A stretch of DNA of 64,000 bases from Prevotella sp. (GCA_016291085.1 JAEEVW010000001.1:64094-128093); one strand, 5' to 3'; counted from the stretch's first letter, positions 1 to 10,929 are shown. Notes: a model not told the origin generated them from the sequence alone. Program-made: numbers and translations.

Positions 1-180
1 TTCCAGCCAAGGCGTTCCGACTTTGTCGCGTGCATCCCAAAGGAATGCGTTTACCTGATCTTGGTGTGCAATGCGCTTGAGCCACGAAACAAGCGGACTG
101 GGAACCCATTTAGCCTTAGAGCCCATCTTGTTTCTTAGTATCTGATCAATGTCAATGGTCTTTGATGTTATTTCTGCCAT
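1..180 (-). CDS. N-terminal part of a lysophospholipid/glycerol acyltransferase-family protein (runs off the window)
   Basis: Own translation from ATG at 180: MAEITSKTIDIDQILRNKMGSKAKWVPSPLVSWLKRIAHQDQVNAFLW..., resembling the Bacteroidetes acyltransferase usually divergent from mraZ; minus-strand TAacTTTG box at 209-216. Confidence 0.6.
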   Translation of the reverse strand, partial: MAEITSKTIDIDQILRNKMGSKAKWVPSPLVSWLKRIAHQDQVNAFLWDARDKVGTPWLE

Positions 181-298
181 TTCTCTATCGTTGTCTCTAA
201 CACGGATGCAAAGTTACGGTTTTTTATTTAGAAATGATTGCACTTTTTGGGAAAAATGTGCAATAAAATAACTTTTTATATATTATTCACTAAAAAAA

Positions 299-324
299 GT
301 GGAGAAAAGTGGGGGATTGTGGGG
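299..324 (+). promoter_or_regulatory. MraZ binding repeats
   Basis: GTGGAG/GTGGGG/GTGGGG at exact 10-bp period (299, 309, 319) just upstream of the mraZ promoter. Confidence 0.8.
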
Positions 325-333
325 GAAAATAAT

Positions 334-341
334 TATCTTTG
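334..341 (+). promoter_or_regulatory. Bacteroidetes primary-sigma -7 element of the dcw operon
   Basis: TATCTTTG matches TAnnTTTG, ~30 nt before the mraZ ATG. Confidence 0.75.
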
Positions 342-372
342 CACCCAAATTCAAAAAATATAAGAGGTACAC

Positions 373-825
373 ATGCGATTTTTAGGTAACATAGAGGCTA
401 AATTGGACGTGAAAGGACGTGCTTTCCTTCCCGCCGCCTTCCGCAAGATTTTGCAGGCAGGTGGTGAGGAACGCCTTGTGTTGCGAAAGGATGTGTTCCA
501 GTCCTGTCTGGTGCTTTATCCTGAGAGCGTATGGAATGAGCAGATGGATTTGCTGAGGGCTCGCCTGAATCGCTGGAACCGCCAGGAACAACAAGTGTTC
601 CGCCAGTTTGTGTCGGAAGTGGAGCTGCTGACTCTTGATGGCAACGGACGTTTCCTGATTCCCAAGCGTTACCTGCGTATGGCAGAAATCGACCAGGATG
701 TGAAGTTTGTTGGCATGGACGATACGATAGAGATCTGGAGTAGCCGCAAGGTCGAAGAACAGCAGATGAAACCGGAAGACTTCGGTAATGCCCTCGAACA
801 GCTCATGATGGTTGAGCAAGAATGA
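373..825 (+). CDS. mraZ: Division/cell wall cluster repressor MraZ
   Basis: Two SpoVT/AbrB-like repeats (LDVKGR, LDGNGRFLIP); first gene of dcw. Confidence 0.97.
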   Translation: MRFLGNIEAKLDVKGRAFLPAAFRKILQAGGEERLVLRKDVFQSCLVLYPESVWNEQMDLLRARLNRWNRQEQQVFRQFVSEVELLTLDGNGRFLIPKRYLRMAEIDQDVKFVGMDDTIEIWSSRKVEEQQMKPEDFGNALEQLMMVEQE

Positions 826-845
826 ACTTTGGTAAATGACGAACA

Positions 846-1757
846 ATGATAACGACCGCTGAAACATACCACGTTCCTGTTCTCCTGAAAGAGAGCGTCG
901 ACGGGCTGGATATCCAGCCCGACGGCATTTATGTGGATGTTACTTTCGGCGGCGGTGGTCATTCAAAGGAAATCCTGTCGCGACTGGGGAAGAAGGGCCA
1001 TTTGTATAGTTTTGACCAGGATGCCGATGCAGAGAATAATATCGTGGATGATGATAGATTTACGTTCGTTCGCAGCAACTTTAGGTATATCGGTCAGTGG
1101 ATGCGCTACTATGGTGTGGAGCATATTGACGGACTGTTGGGTGATCTGGGTGTGTCGAGTCATCATTTCGACGACGAGACGCGCGGTTTCTCTTTCCGTT
1201 TCGATGCCCCGCTGGACATGAGAATGAACAAGCGCGCAGGGCAGACGGCGGCAGACATCCTAAATAACTATGATGAGGAACGGCTGGCCGATGTGTTCTA
1301 TCTCTACGGAGAGTTGAAGAATGCCCGTCGTGTCGCCAAGGCCATCAGTGACTATCGTCGTCAGCGAAGCATTCAAACCACGGGACAGTTGGCAGAGGCC
1401 ACGGAAGCCTTGATGCGTTCGGAGCGTGAAAAGAAGGACATGGCCCGGTTGTATCAGGCCCTGCGAATAGAGGTGAACAACGAGATGGATGCCTTGCGTG
1501 ACATGCTGAAAGGAGCCACTGCTCTGCTTCGCGAGGGAGGACGGTTGAGTATTATTACCTATCATTCGTTGGAAGACCGTATCGTGAAGAATGTGATGAA
1601 GGCGGGCAATGCCGAGGGTAAGGTGGAGCAGGATTTCTTCGGACGTATCTCATCGCCCTACCGGTTGGTCAACAAGGTTACGACACCTTCTGACGAAGAG
1701 CAGCTGCGTAACCCCCGCAGTCGTAGCGCAAAATTGAGAATAGCAGAAAGAATATGA
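846..1757 (+). CDS. rsmH: 16S rRNA m4C1402 methyltransferase
   Basis: HVPVLL, DVTFGGGGHS, DLGVSS, LDMRM, ALRIEVN, NPRSRSAKLR motifs. Confidence 0.98.
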   Translation: MITTAETYHVPVLLKESVDGLDIQPDGIYVDVTFGGGGHSKEILSRLGKKGHLYSFDQDADAENNIVDDDRFTFVRSNFRYIGQWMRYYGVEHIDGLLGDLGVSSHHFDDETRGFSFRFDAPLDMRMNKRAGQTAADILNNYDEERLADVFYLYGELKNARRVAKAISDYRRQRSIQTTGQLAEATEALMRSEREKKDMARLYQALRIEVNNEMDALRDMLKGATALLREGGRLSIITYHSLEDRIVKNVMKAGNAEGKVEQDFFGRISSPYRLVNKVTTPSDEEQLRNPRSRSAKLRIAERI

Positions 1758-2185
1758 CAGAAGAAGACAAAATAGTAGAAGATAAGAAACAAGAAGAGAG
1801 TTCGCTCAAGGAGACCATCCAACTAATTAAGGAGTCGGCCATCGAGGAAGATCCCAAACCTTCTGGTCAGTTAAACTTGCGTACCATATTAGGTGGCGAC
1901 TTGCTGACAACAGAGGTGGTTCGTTCGCAAATGTGGCTATTTGTGTTGATTGTTCTTTTTTCTATTGTCTATGTTGCCTTCCGTTACCAGTGTCAGCAGG
2001 ACATGATAGCCATCGATAAACTGGAAAAAACGCTGACAGGTGCGAAGTACAAGGCTCTGTCGTCGTCGAGTACTCTGACAGAGAAGTGTCGTGAAAGCCA
2101 CGTGCTGGATATATTGAAACAGAATCAGGACTCGCTGTTGCATCAGGCCGACCAGCCGCCTTACATCATTCAGGTTCCTGAATGA
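1754..2185 (+). CDS. ftsL: FtsL-like cell division protein
   Basis: Single TM followed by coiled coil; between rsmH and ftsI; ATGA overlap. Confidence 0.8.
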   Translation: MTEEDKIVEDKKQEESSLKETIQLIKESAIEEDPKPSGQLNLRTILGGDLLTTEVVRSQMWLFVLIVLFSIVYVAFRYQCQQDMIAIDKLEKTLTGAKYKALSSSSTLTEKCRESHVLDILKQNQDSLLHQADQPPYIIQVPE

Positions 2186-2213
2186 AGTGATAAGTGATGA
2201 GTGATAAGTGATA
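2186..2213. repeat. Heptamer tandem run (AGTGATA/G x4)
   Basis: agtgata-agtgatg-agtgata-agtgata between ftsL and ftsI. Confidence 0.85.
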
Positions 2214-2221
2214 AACGAGAG

Positions 2222-4354
2222 ATGAGTAGTTTTAACAATGATAAGGTGATGCCTCGCTATATGATGATTGCAGTGTTGCTGACAATCATCGGAATTGCTG
2301 TAATAGGTAAGGCCCTCTATATCATGACTGCTAAGAAGCAGTACTGGACGGAGGTGGCTGACCGTCTGAAGCGCGACAGCGTCAGCGTGAAGCCTAACCG
2401 AGGCAATATCCTCAGTTGCGACGGACAGTTGATGGCCACTTCTATTCCGGAATACAAGATTTTCATTGATTTCCAGGCTGCCGCTTTCGCAAAGGATGAC
2501 TCGTTGTGGTTGGACAAGGTCGATTCGTTGTGCGACGGGTTGCATAGGATTTTCCCCAAGAAGAGTGCCGCAGAGTTTAAGCATGACTTGGAAGAAGGTC
2601 GTCACAAAATCAATAAAGATGGTAGCAGAGGTTCGCGTTGGTGGAACATCTGGCCCCGTCGTATTGACTATAATACCTTTGTAGAGGTCAGTGAGTTACC
2701 CTTCCTGAATATGCCCCGCTACAAGAGCGGATTCACCTATGAGACCTATAATTCGCGCCGTCGTCCGTTCGGTTCATTAGCTTTACGTACCATCGGTGGT
2801 TTGTATGGCGCCAAGGATTCGGCCTATTATGGTCTGGAGCTCTCGAACGACTCTATACTGCGTGGCGTCCCTGGCATCACTGGTCGTCGTAAGGTGTTAA
2901 ATAAATATATGAACATCCCCGTGACGTTGCCTGTTGACGGCTGCGATATTGTGACGACCATCGATGTAAATATGCAGGACCTGGCGGAGCGCTCTCTGTT
3001 AGACATGCTGAGAAGGCCTGAGGTTCATGGCGAGATGGGTGTGGCCATCCTGATGGAAGTGACAACAGGCGATATTAAAGCTATTGTCAATATGATGCGT
3101 ACGGAGAACGATCAATATGTTGAAGCCGTCAACTCTGCCATCAGCTATCGTTGCGAGCCGGGTTCGGTGTTTAAAACCGCCTCTATTTTGGTGGCTCTAG
3201 ATGATGGTGTGTTGGGCAAAAATCCACAAGATACCAGTTACGTTATTCATACCGGTGGTGGCGTCATGCCAATGTATGGTCGTGAGATGAAAGACCACAA
3301 CTGGCGTCGTGGTGGCTATGGAGATATCAATGTGGCACGTACGCTGGAGGTCAGTTCGAATATCGGTGTGAGCCATGTGATAGACAAGTTCTACCATAGC
3401 GAGGCAGAACGATATGTCAAAGGACTTTACCGTGTAGGCATTGGTGAAGACTTGAAGTTGCAAAACATTCTTCCGGGTTATCGTCCCCCACTCATTCGTA
3501 TGCCTAAACGTAAGAAGAACGGACGCTATGATGACAATTGGTATGCCACCACGTTGCCTTGGATGTCGATAGGTTATGAGACTCAGATTGCACCCATCAA
3601 TACGGTAACGTTCTATAATGCGATCGCTAATAATGGTAAGATGATGCGTCCCCGTTTTGTCAAGAAGATAGTGAAAAACGGTGAGACAGTCAAAGAGTTT
3701 GAACCAGAGGTCATCAAGGAGCGCATTGCTCGTCCGGAGGCCCTTAAGACATTGCAGACCATTTTGGAACATGTGGTGAGCCAAGGTCTGGGACGTAAGG
3801 CTGGTTCTCCGCTGTTTAAGGTTGCTGGAAAGACAGGTACCGCCCAGGTATCGCAGGGTAAGTTTGGTTACAAGAGTGGTGTGGTGCAATACTGGCTCTC
3901 GTTTGCAGGTTATTTCCCTGCAGACAATCCCCGCTACACGTGTATCGTATGTATTAAGAAGTCCGGTCTGCCTGCTTCGGGTGGTGGCATGAGTGGTGTC
4001 GTGTTCCATCATATTGCTGAAGGCGTGATGGCCCGTCACCTGAAGATGAGTGTGGACGATGCCCATGACGAAAACTCTGTTGTGATACCTGACGTAAAAA
4101 ATGGTGATGCTACATCGGCTAATTACATATTGGGTGAGTTAGGCGTTAATAACCGCGTGAGCCAATCGGCCAAGGTGTATGGCGAGAATGTCACGCCAGA
4201 TGTGACAGGTATGGGAGCCAGGGATGCTGTCTACTTGTTGGAGAGCCGAGGACTGAAGGTCAAGGTGCATGGCCGCGGAAAGGTGAAGTCACAGAGCTAT
4301 TCTGCCGGTAAGGCCATTGTTAAGGGTAGTGAGTGTGTGTTGGTGATGAATTAA
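2222..4354 (+). CDS. ftsI: Class B PBP / septal transpeptidase with C-terminal PASTA
   Basis: EPGSVFK (SxxK), SSN, KTGTAQ; N-terminal TM; ATG at 2222 preferred to GTG 2201, which lies in the repeat. Confidence 0.93.
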   Translation: MSSFNNDKVMPRYMMIAVLLTIIGIAVIGKALYIMTAKKQYWTEVADRLKRDSVSVKPNRGNILSCDGQLMATSIPEYKIFIDFQAAAFAKDDSLWLDKVDSLCDGLHRIFPKKSAAEFKHDLEEGRHKINKDGSRGSRWWNIWPRRIDYNTFVEVSELPFLNMPRYKSGFTYETYNSRRRPFGSLALRTIGGLYGAKDSAYYGLELSNDSILRGVPGITGRRKVLNKYMNIPVTLPVDGCDIVTTIDVNMQDLAERSLLDMLRRPEVHGEMGVAILMEVTTGDIKAIVNMMRTENDQYVEAVNSAISYRCEPGSVFKTASILVALDDGVLGKNPQDTSYVIHTGGGVMPMYGREMKDHNWRRGGYGDINVARTLEVSSNIGVSHVIDKFYHSEAERYVKGLYRVGIGEDLKLQNILPGYRPPLIRMPKRKKNGRYDDNWYATTLPWMSIGYETQIAPINTVTFYNAIANNGKMMRPRFVKKIVKNGETVKEFEPEVIKERIARPEALKTLQTILEHVVSQGLGRKAGSPLFKVAGKTGTAQVSQGKFGYKSGVVQYWLSFAGYFPADNPRYTCIVCIKKSGLPASGGGMSGVVFHHIAEGVMARHLKMSVDDAHDENSVVIPDVKNGDATSANYILGELGVNNRVSQSAKVYGENVTPDVTGMGARDAVYLLESRGLKVKVHGRGKVKSQSYSAGKAIVKGSECVLVMN

Positions 4355-4369
4355 TAAAATAAGGTATAT

Positions 4370-5830
4370 ATGAAGCTGATAGAACTGTTGAAGTATGTTA
4401 CGCCTCAGGGCATAGTCGGTAATCAAGAGGTCGACATCACGGGTGTGAACATTGACTCCCGTAAGATAGAGAAGGGCCATCTTTTCGTGGCTATCAAGGG
4501 AACGCAGACGGATGGCCATCGCTTTATTCCCAAGGCTTTGGAGTTAGGTGCTGTTGCCGTATTGTGTGAAGACCTGCCCGAGGAGTTGAAGACAGGAGTC
4601 ACCTATGTGCAGGTGGCATCGACGGAAGAATCTGTTGGCTCTGTTGCTACTGTGTTCTATGGTGAGCCTTCGAAGCAGCTGAAACTGGTCGGTGTGACAG
4701 GAACGAACGGCAAGACCACCATCGCCACCTTATTATATAATATGTTCCGTAAGTTCGGACACAAATGCGGACTGCTCTCTACTGTCTGCAACTATATTGA
4801 GGATGAGGCCATCCCTGCTGACCACACCACACCAGACCCCATTGAACTCAACAAACTGTTAGCCCGAATGGTGGAGGCAGGTTGTGAATACGCCTTTATG
4901 GAATGCTCCAGTCATGCCATAGCCCAAAAACGTATTGGTGGACTGGTGTTTGCCGGAGGGCTGTTTACCAATCTGACACGCGACCATCTGGACTATCACA
5001 AAACCTTTGAGAACTATCGTGATGCCAAGAAAGCCTTCTTTGACGGGTTATCGAAAGACGCCTTTGCCATTACGAATGCTGATGACAAGAACGGCAGCGT
5101 GATGGTTCAGAACTGCAAGGCACAGGTAAAGACCTACAGCACCCGGACGATGGCTGATTTCCGTGCCCGTATCATAGAGTGCCATTTTGAGGGCATGTAT
5201 CTGGAGGTCGATGGTCGTGAGGTTGGGGTGCAGTTTATTGGAAAGTTCAATGTCAGCAATCTGCTGGCAGTCTATGGTGCCGCAGTGATGTTGGGCAAGA
5301 GCCCCGAGGATATCCTGTTGGTGCTCAGTACGTTGAAGAGTGTTGCTGGCCGATTGGAACCTATTCGCTCTCAAGAAGGAGTGACCGCTATAGTAGACTA
5401 TGCCCATACCCCTGATGCCTTGGAGAATGTGCTCAATGCTATTCACGAGGTGCTGGACGGAAAGGGTGGACGGATTATCACCGTATGTGGGGCTGGCGGT
5501 AACCGTGATAAGGGCAAGCGTCCGCTGATGGCACAGGAAGCTGTTAAGCAGAGCGATCGAGTAATCATTACTTCTGACAATCCTCGTTTTGAGGAGCCTC
5601 AGGACATCATTAACGACATGTTGGCAGGGCTCACTCCTCAGCAGATGAAGAAGGTGGTGAGCATTGTAGACCGCAAGGAAGCTATTCGTACGGCTTGTAT
5701 GATGGCCCAGAAGGGTGATGTCATCCTCATTGCCGGAAAGGGCCATGAGGACTATCAGGAAATCAAAGGTGTGAAACACCATTTTGATGACCGCGAAGTC
5801 GTAAAAGAAATCTTTGGCCTTTCGGAATAA
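4370..5830 (+). CDS. murE: UDP-MurNAc-L-Ala-D-Glu--mDAP ligase
   Basis: [25 protein letters not shown] (mDAP specificity), AGKGHE. Confidence 0.98.
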   Translation: MKLIELLKYVTPQGIVGNQEVDITGVNIDSRKIEKGHLFVAIKGTQTDGHRFIPKALELGAVAVLCEDLPEELKTGVTYVQVASTEESVGSVATVFYGEPSKQLKLVGVTGTNGKTTIATLLYNMFRKFGHKCGLLSTVCNYIEDEAIPADHTTPDPIELNKLLARMVEAGCEYAFMECSSHAIAQKRIGGLVFAGGLFTNLTRDHLDYHKTFENYRDAKKAFFDGLSKDAFAITNADDKNGSVMVQNCKAQVKTYSTRTMADFRARIIECHFEGMYLEVDGREVGVQFIGKFNVSNLLAVYGAAVMLGKSPEDILLVLSTLKSVAGRLEPIRSQEGVTAIVDYAHTPDALENVLNAIHEVLDGKGGRIITVCGAGGNRDKGKRPLMAQEAVKQSDRVIITSDNPRFEEPQDIINDMLAGLTPQQMKKVVSIVDRKEAIRTACMMAQKGDVILIAGKGHEDYQEIKGVKHHFDDREVVKEIFGLSE

Positions 5831-5855
5831 CGGAATAACGAAAAAAGACGATAAT

Positions 5856-7127
5856 ATGCTATATTACATCTTCAGATTTTTGGAACAGTATGATATTCCG
5901 GGTGCCCATATCTGGTCGTACATCTCGTTCCGTTCGTTGTTGGCATTAATCATGTCATTGCTCATCTCCGCATGGTTTGGTGAGTACTTCATCAAATGGA
6001 TGAAGCGTCGTAATATTTCTGAGACAGCCCGTGACCCCAGCATTGATCCGTTTGGTGTGGAGAAAAAGGGTGTTCCCACTATGGGTGGCATCATCATCAT
6101 CGTGTCAATACTCATACCAGTCCTGCTCTTAGGCCGTATGCGTAACATTTATCTATTACTGATGATAGTTACCACCGTATGGCTAGGATTCCTTGGTTTC
6201 ATGGATGACTATATCAAGATATTCCGTAAGAACAAGGAAGGATTGAGAGGTGTCTATAAGATTATCGGACAGGTGTCAATCGGTTTCATTGTGGGTCTGA
6301 CGCTTTGGTTAAGTCCTGACGCAGTAGTACGCGAGAATGTCTCTGAGTCTCGGCAGAATCAGGAAGTCGTCATCAAGCACAAACCGGAAGCTGTCAAGTC
6401 GCTGCAAACCACCATTCCGTTCATCAAGAACCACAACCTCAACTACTCAAATGTTTTGTCCTTCTTGGGCAAATACAAGGTCGCTGCGGGTTGGGCATTA
6501 TTCATTCTCATGACGATTATCGTCGTTACCGCCGTGTCGAATGGAGCAAACTTGAATGATGGTATGGATGGTATGTGTGCAGGCAACTCGGCTATCATCG
6601 GAATTGCCTTGCTCTTGTTTGCCTATGTTTCATCGCATATCGTCTATGCGGCCTATTTCGATATCATGTATATCCCCCATTCCGAGGAGTTGGTGGTGTT
6701 TCTCTCGGCGTTCATTGGTGCCATGATAGGTTTCTTGTGGTATAACGCCTTCCCTGCTCAGATCTTTATGGGTGATACTGGATCGCTGGCTATTGGTGGC
6801 ATTATTGGCGTCTGTGCCGTGATAATCCACAAGGAACTGATGCTCCCTATCCTCTGCGGCATCTTCTTTATTGAGAGTCTGAGTGTTATCATCCAGACGC
6901 AGTGGTTTAAAATACAGAAGCGTAAGGGTAAGCGCGTCCGTGTGTTCCGTGCCACACCCATCCATGATAACTTTCGTCGTCTGGACTCTCAGCTTGACCC
7001 TACCAGTACTTACATCTTGAAAAGCTGGCCCCATCGTCAGTTCCATGAGTCGAAAATTACTTTCCGTTTCTGGATTGTAACCATTATATTGGCAGCATTG
7101 ACAATTATTACATTGAAGATAAGATAA
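5856..7127 (+). CDS. mraY: Phospho-MurNAc-pentapeptide transferase
   Basis: PTMGG, DDYIK, NLNDGMDG, FMGDTGSL; multi-TM; start refined to MLYY. Confidence 0.97.
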   Translation: MLYYIFRFLEQYDIPGAHIWSYISFRSLLALIMSLLISAWFGEYFIKWMKRRNISETARDPSIDPFGVEKKGVPTMGGIIIIVSILIPVLLLGRMRNIYLLLMIVTTVWLGFLGFMDDYIKIFRKNKEGLRGVYKIIGQVSIGFIVGLTLWLSPDAVVRENVSESRQNQEVVIKHKPEAVKSLQTTIPFIKNHNLNYSNVLSFLGKYKVAAGWALFILMTIIVVTAVSNGANLNDGMDGMCAGNSAIIGIALLLFAYVSSHIVYAAYFDIMYIPHSEELVVFLSAFIGAMIGFLWYNAFPAQIFMGDTGSLAIGGIIGVCAVIIHKELMLPILCGIFFIESLSVIIQTQWFKIQKRKGKRVRVFRATPIHDNFRRLDSQLDPTSTYILKSWPHRQFHESKITFRFWIVTIILAALTIITLKIR

Positions 7128-7130
7128 ATT

Positions 7131-8462
7131 ATGGGTAAAATAGCAATATTAGGAGCTGGCGAAAGCGGTGCAGGAGCTGCCGTGTTGGCCAAGAAGCAAG
7201 GCTTTGATGTGTTTGTCAGCGACATGTCGAAGATCAACGATAAATATAAGAATTTGATGGACGACCACCAAATAGAGTGGGAGGAAGGGCATCATACGGA
7301 AGAAAAAATTCTGGATGCCGATGAGGTTATCAAGAGTCCTGGTATTCCCGACACTGCTCCGATGATTGTCAAAATCAAGGAGAAGGGTATTCATATTATC
7401 AGTGAGATAGAATTTGCTGGTCGTTATACACGGTCGAAGATGATTTGTATTACGGGTTCGAATGGTAAGACAACTACTACCAGCCTGATCTATCACATCT
7501 TTAAGGAGGCTGGCTATGATGCCGGTTTGGCTGGCAATATCGGTAATTCTCTGGCTTTACAGGTAGCTGAGGACCCACACGACTATTATATCATTGAGTT
7601 GTCGTCTTTCCAATTGGACAATATGTACGATTTCCGTGCTAATGTGGCCATTCTGCTGAACATCACTCCAGATCATCTTGACCGCTATGATTTCAAGATG
7701 CAGAACTATGTGGATGCCAAGATGCGCATCATCCAGAACCAGACTCCTCAGGACGCCTTCATCTATTGGAACGACGACCCAATAATCAAAAGGGAATTGG
7801 AGAAGTATGATATCAAAGCCATCCAGTATCCTTTCTCGGAACTGAAGGAAAAAGGCAGTATTGGTTATATTGAGGAGGGTCAGTACAAAATAGAGCAGCC
7901 AGAGCCTTTCAATATGGAACAGGAGGCCCTCAGCCTGACGGGTAAACATAATATCTATAACTCTCTGGCAGCAGGTATCGCCTCGAATGTTGCCGGTATC
8001 AAGAAAGAGGTAATACGTCGGTCGCTTAGCGATTTCCCAGGCGTGGAACACCGCTTGGAGAAGGTGTGCATGGTTCGTGGCGTGCAGTATATCAACGACT
8101 CAAAAGCCACCAATGTTGATGCCTGCTGGTATGCCTTGGAGTCGATGAAGACCAAGACCATTCTGATTATTGGCGGCAAAGACAAGGGTAACGACTATGA
8201 CCCTATCAAACCACTGGTCAAGGAGAAGTGTGCCGGACTGGTCTATCTCGGAGCAGATAACCAGAAGTTGCACGACAATTTTGATTCGTTGGGCATTCCC
8301 GTCCGCGATACCCATTCCATGAAGGAGTGTATTGAGGCATGCTATGATATGGCAGAGCCAGGAATGACCGTTCTGTTGTCACCATGCTGTGCCTCGTTCG
8401 ACCTGTTCAAAAACATGGAGGACCGTGGCGAGCAATTTAAGGAATTGGCTCGAAATCTCTAG
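7131..8462 (+). CDS. murD: UDP-MurNAc-L-Ala--D-Glu ligase
   Basis: TGSNGKTTT, ELSSFQL, NITPDHLDRY, NDSKATN, LLSPCCASFD. Confidence 0.98.
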   Translation: MGKIAILGAGESGAGAAVLAKKQGFDVFVSDMSKINDKYKNLMDDHQIEWEEGHHTEEKILDADEVIKSPGIPDTAPMIVKIKEKGIHIISEIEFAGRYTRSKMICITGSNGKTTTTSLIYHIFKEAGYDAGLAGNIGNSLALQVAEDPHDYYIIELSSFQLDNMYDFRANVAILLNITPDHLDRYDFKMQNYVDAKMRIIQNQTPQDAFIYWNDDPIIKRELEKYDIKAIQYPFSELKEKGSIGYIEEGQYKIEQPEPFNMEQEALSLTGKHNIYNSLAAGIASNVAGIKKEVIRRSLSDFPGVEHRLEKVCMVRGVQYINDSKATNVDACWYALESMKTKTILIIGGKDKGNDYDPIKPLVKEKCAGLVYLGADNQKLHDNFDSLGIPVRDTHSMKECIEACYDMAEPGMTVLLSPCCASFDLFKNMEDRGEQFKELARNL

Positions 8463-8491
8463 GATTACCTAGGAATTCCTAGGATAACCTA
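8460..8491. repeat. Decamer tandem run with CCTAGG core (x3)
   Basis: aggattacct-aggaattcct-aggataacct between murD and ftsW. Confidence 0.8.
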
Positions 8492-8505
8492 AAAAAGAAA
8501 ATGAA

Positions 8506-9756
8506 ATGAACAAGAAAATAGGCAATATCTTCAAGGGCGATAAAGTCATCTGGATGGTGTTCTTCTTCCTCTGCATGATCAGTATCGTGGAAGTGTTCTC
8601 TGCTTCCAGCGGACTGACCTATAAGAGTCAGAACTACGTAGGTCCTATTGCTTATCACGCCTTTACCATTTTGGCAGGTGTGGTTGTGGCTATCATCACG
8701 TTGAACATCCCTTGTCGTTATTTCAAGTTGATGACTCCCTTCCTGATGTTGATTTCTGTGGTGACGCTGCTATGGGTGTTGTTGGCAGGAACGAAGGTGG
8801 GTGACGCAGGACGATGGATTAACCTGTTTGGCTTCACTTTCCAACCCTCGGAGATTGCCAAGGGAACCATTGTGCTGGCTGTGGCACAGATTCTTGCTGC
8901 CATGCAACGCGAGAACGGAGCCGACAAAAAAGCCTTTAAGTGGATTCTTTGGATTTTGTTGCCGGCCTGTGTGTTGATAGGACTGGAAAACCTATCTACA
9001 GCCGCCATGCTCTTTGCTGTAGTCTTCCTGATGATGTTCATCGGACTGGTTCCCATGAGGCAATTGGCTAAACTAGCTATTGTTATTGTTGCATTAGCTG
9101 TCGTGGCGTTGTCAATGGTTATGTTGGTGGGTCACGAAATCAGTGATGAAGAGAAACAGCTGACCAAGACGGAACAGCTAGACCAGCCTAAGCAAAAGAA
9201 GAACTTCGTTGAAAAGATGTTCCATCGTGCTGACACTTGGAAGAGTCGTATTATGAAGTTTGGCAAGGCTAAGCCAACGCCCCAGGAGTATGACCTTGAC
9301 AAGGATGCCCAGGTGGCCCATGCCAATATCGCCATTGTGTCGAGTGGTATTATTGGTAAGGGGCCTGGCCAGAGTACAGAGCGTGACTTTCTGTCTCAGG
9401 CTTTCTCGGACTTTATCTACGCCATCGTCATTGAGGAACTGGGTATTGCGGGAGCTTTCGCTGTGATGTTCCTTTACATAGTGCTGCTTTATCGTTGTGC
9501 CCGTATTGCCAGTCGCTGCGAGAATAACTTCCCCGCATTCCTGGCTATGGGTCTTGGTTTGCTACTGGTCATTCAGGCCACCTTTAACATGATGGTGGCA
9601 GTAGGTCTGGCACCTGTTACGGGACAGCCTCTTCCCTTGATTTCCAAAGGCGGTACGTCGACCATTATCAATTGTGCCTATATCGGAGCCATTTTGAGTG
9701 TTAGCAGATCAGCAAAAATGAAGAAAGCGAAAGAAAAAGAGGCAAAGATAGCATGA
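8506..9756 (+). CDS. ftsW: SEDS peptidoglycan polymerase FtsW
   Basis: RWI..FQPSEIAK, SDFIYAIVIEELG, LPLISKGGTS; multi-TM; dcw position. Confidence 0.95.
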   Translation: MNKKIGNIFKGDKVIWMVFFFLCMISIVEVFSASSGLTYKSQNYVGPIAYHAFTILAGVVVAIITLNIPCRYFKLMTPFLMLISVVTLLWVLLAGTKVGDAGRWINLFGFTFQPSEIAKGTIVLAVAQILAAMQRENGADKKAFKWILWILLPACVLIGLENLSTAAMLFAVVFLMMFIGLVPMRQLAKLAIVIVALAVVALSMVMLVGHEISDEEKQLTKTEQLDQPKQKKNFVEKMFHRADTWKSRIMKFGKAKPTPQEYDLDKDAQVAHANIAIVSSGIIGKGPGQSTERDFLSQAFSDFIYAIVIEELGIAGAFAVMFLYIVLLYRCARIASRCENNFPAFLAMGLGLLLVIQATFNMMVAVGLAPVTGQPLPLISKGGTSTIINCAYIGAILSVSRSAKMKKAKEKEAKIA

Positions 9757-9772
9757 TTTAACGGAAAATTAG

Positions 9773-9780
9773 TACTTTTG
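9773..9780 (+). promoter_or_regulatory. Internal promoter upstream of murG
   Basis: TACTTTTG (TAnnTTTG) in the ftsW-murG gap. Confidence 0.55.
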
Positions 9781-9804
9781 CACGGTATTCAATATACAAC
9801 GCAT

Positions 9805-10920
9805 ATGAACGACGAATTAAGAGTAATAATCAGTGGTGGCGGCACGGGTGGACACATCTTCCCTGCCGTGTCGATTGCCAATGCCATCAAGGCAATGCAC
9901 CCTGATGCCAAAATATTGTTTGTAGGAGCGCTGGGACGTATGGAGATGCAGCGCGTGCCAGCCGCAGGCTACGAAATCAAAGGCCTGCCTATTCAGGGTT
10001 TCGACCGTAAGAACCTGTTGAAGAACGTGAAGGTGCTCTATAAGATTTGGAAGAGCCAGCGTATGGCGAAGAATATCATCAAGGAGTTCTGTCCGCAGGT
10101 TGCTGTTGGGGTGGGTGGCTATGCCAGTGGTCCGACACTGAACAAGGCTGCAGCGATGGGTATTCCCTGCCTCATTCAAGAGCAAAACTCCTATGCAGGA
10201 GTCACCAATAAGCTGTTGGCTAAGAAAGCTGCCAAGATTTGTGTGGCTTACGAAGGCATGGAGCGCTTCTTTCCGGCAGATAAAATCCTGTTGACTGGCA
10301 ATCCCGTCCGTCAGCAATTGCTGGAGAATACCCAGACCAAGGCAGAGGCTCTTCGTTCCTTTGGTTTGGATGCATCGAAGAAGACCATCCTTATTGTGGG
10401 AGGCAGTCTTGGAGCCCGCACGGTCAACGAGAGTGTTTTGAAACATCTCGATGCCATCCGTCAGAGCGATGTCCAGTTCATCTGGCAGACAGGAAAGTAC
10501 TATCATGGTCAGATTACGGAGCAGCTGGCCAAGGAACCGAAAGTTGACAACCTTGTTGTGACCGATTTCATCAGTGACATGGGTGCTGCTTATAAGGCTG
10601 CAGACTTGGTGGTCAGCCGTGCAGGAGCAGGCTCTATTAGCGAGTTCTGCCTGTTGGGAAAACCTGTGATTCTGGTACCGTCACCGAATGTGGCAGAAGA
10701 CCATCAGACCAAGAACGCTCTTGCTTTGGTGAACAAGAATGCGGCCCTTTATGTCAAGGATGTTGAGGCTCCGGCTCTGCTTATCCCGATGGCTATCGAT
10801 ACCGTTCAGGACGATGCGAAATTGAAGAGCCTTAGTGAGAACATCTTGAAGATGGCCTTACCCGCTTCAGCGGAAATCATTGCCAAGGAAGTGGTCACCC
10901 TCGCCAATCAACAACGTTAA
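9805..10920 (+). CDS. murG: Lipid II GlcNAc transferase
   Basis: SGGGTGGHIFP, GGYAS, EQNS, GNPVR, GGSLGA, SRAGA; start refined to MNDELR. Confidence 0.98.
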   Translation: MNDELRVIISGGGTGGHIFPAVSIANAIKAMHPDAKILFVGALGRMEMQRVPAAGYEIKGLPIQGFDRKNLLKNVKVLYKIWKSQRMAKNIIKEFCPQVAVGVGGYASGPTLNKAAAMGIPCLIQEQNSYAGVTNKLLAKKAAKICVAYEGMERFFPADKILLTGNPVRQQLLENTQTKAEALRSFGLDASKKTILIVGGSLGARTVNESVLKHLDAIRQSDVQFIWQTGKYYHGQITEQLAKEPKVDNLVVTDFISDMGAAYKAADLVVSRAGAGSISEFCLLGKPVILVPSPNVAEDHQTKNALALVNKNAALYVKDVEAPALLIPMAIDTVQDDAKLKSLSENILKMALPASAEIIAKEVVTLANQQR

Positions 10921-10929
10921 GAATAGAAT

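Noticed and set aside
2201-2221. Upstream alternative starts in the ORF track (ftsI, mraY, murG, glnA, hipA, dapB, MFS, pfkB, S41, hicB, hicA-2)
   Set aside because: Extensions run through promoter boxes, repeats or the neighbouring gene; downstream ATGs fit family N-termini
5823-5840. Octamer CGGAATAA x2 (related copy at 16870-16902) as an operator
   Set aside because: Better explained as another short tandem repeat family at gene ends
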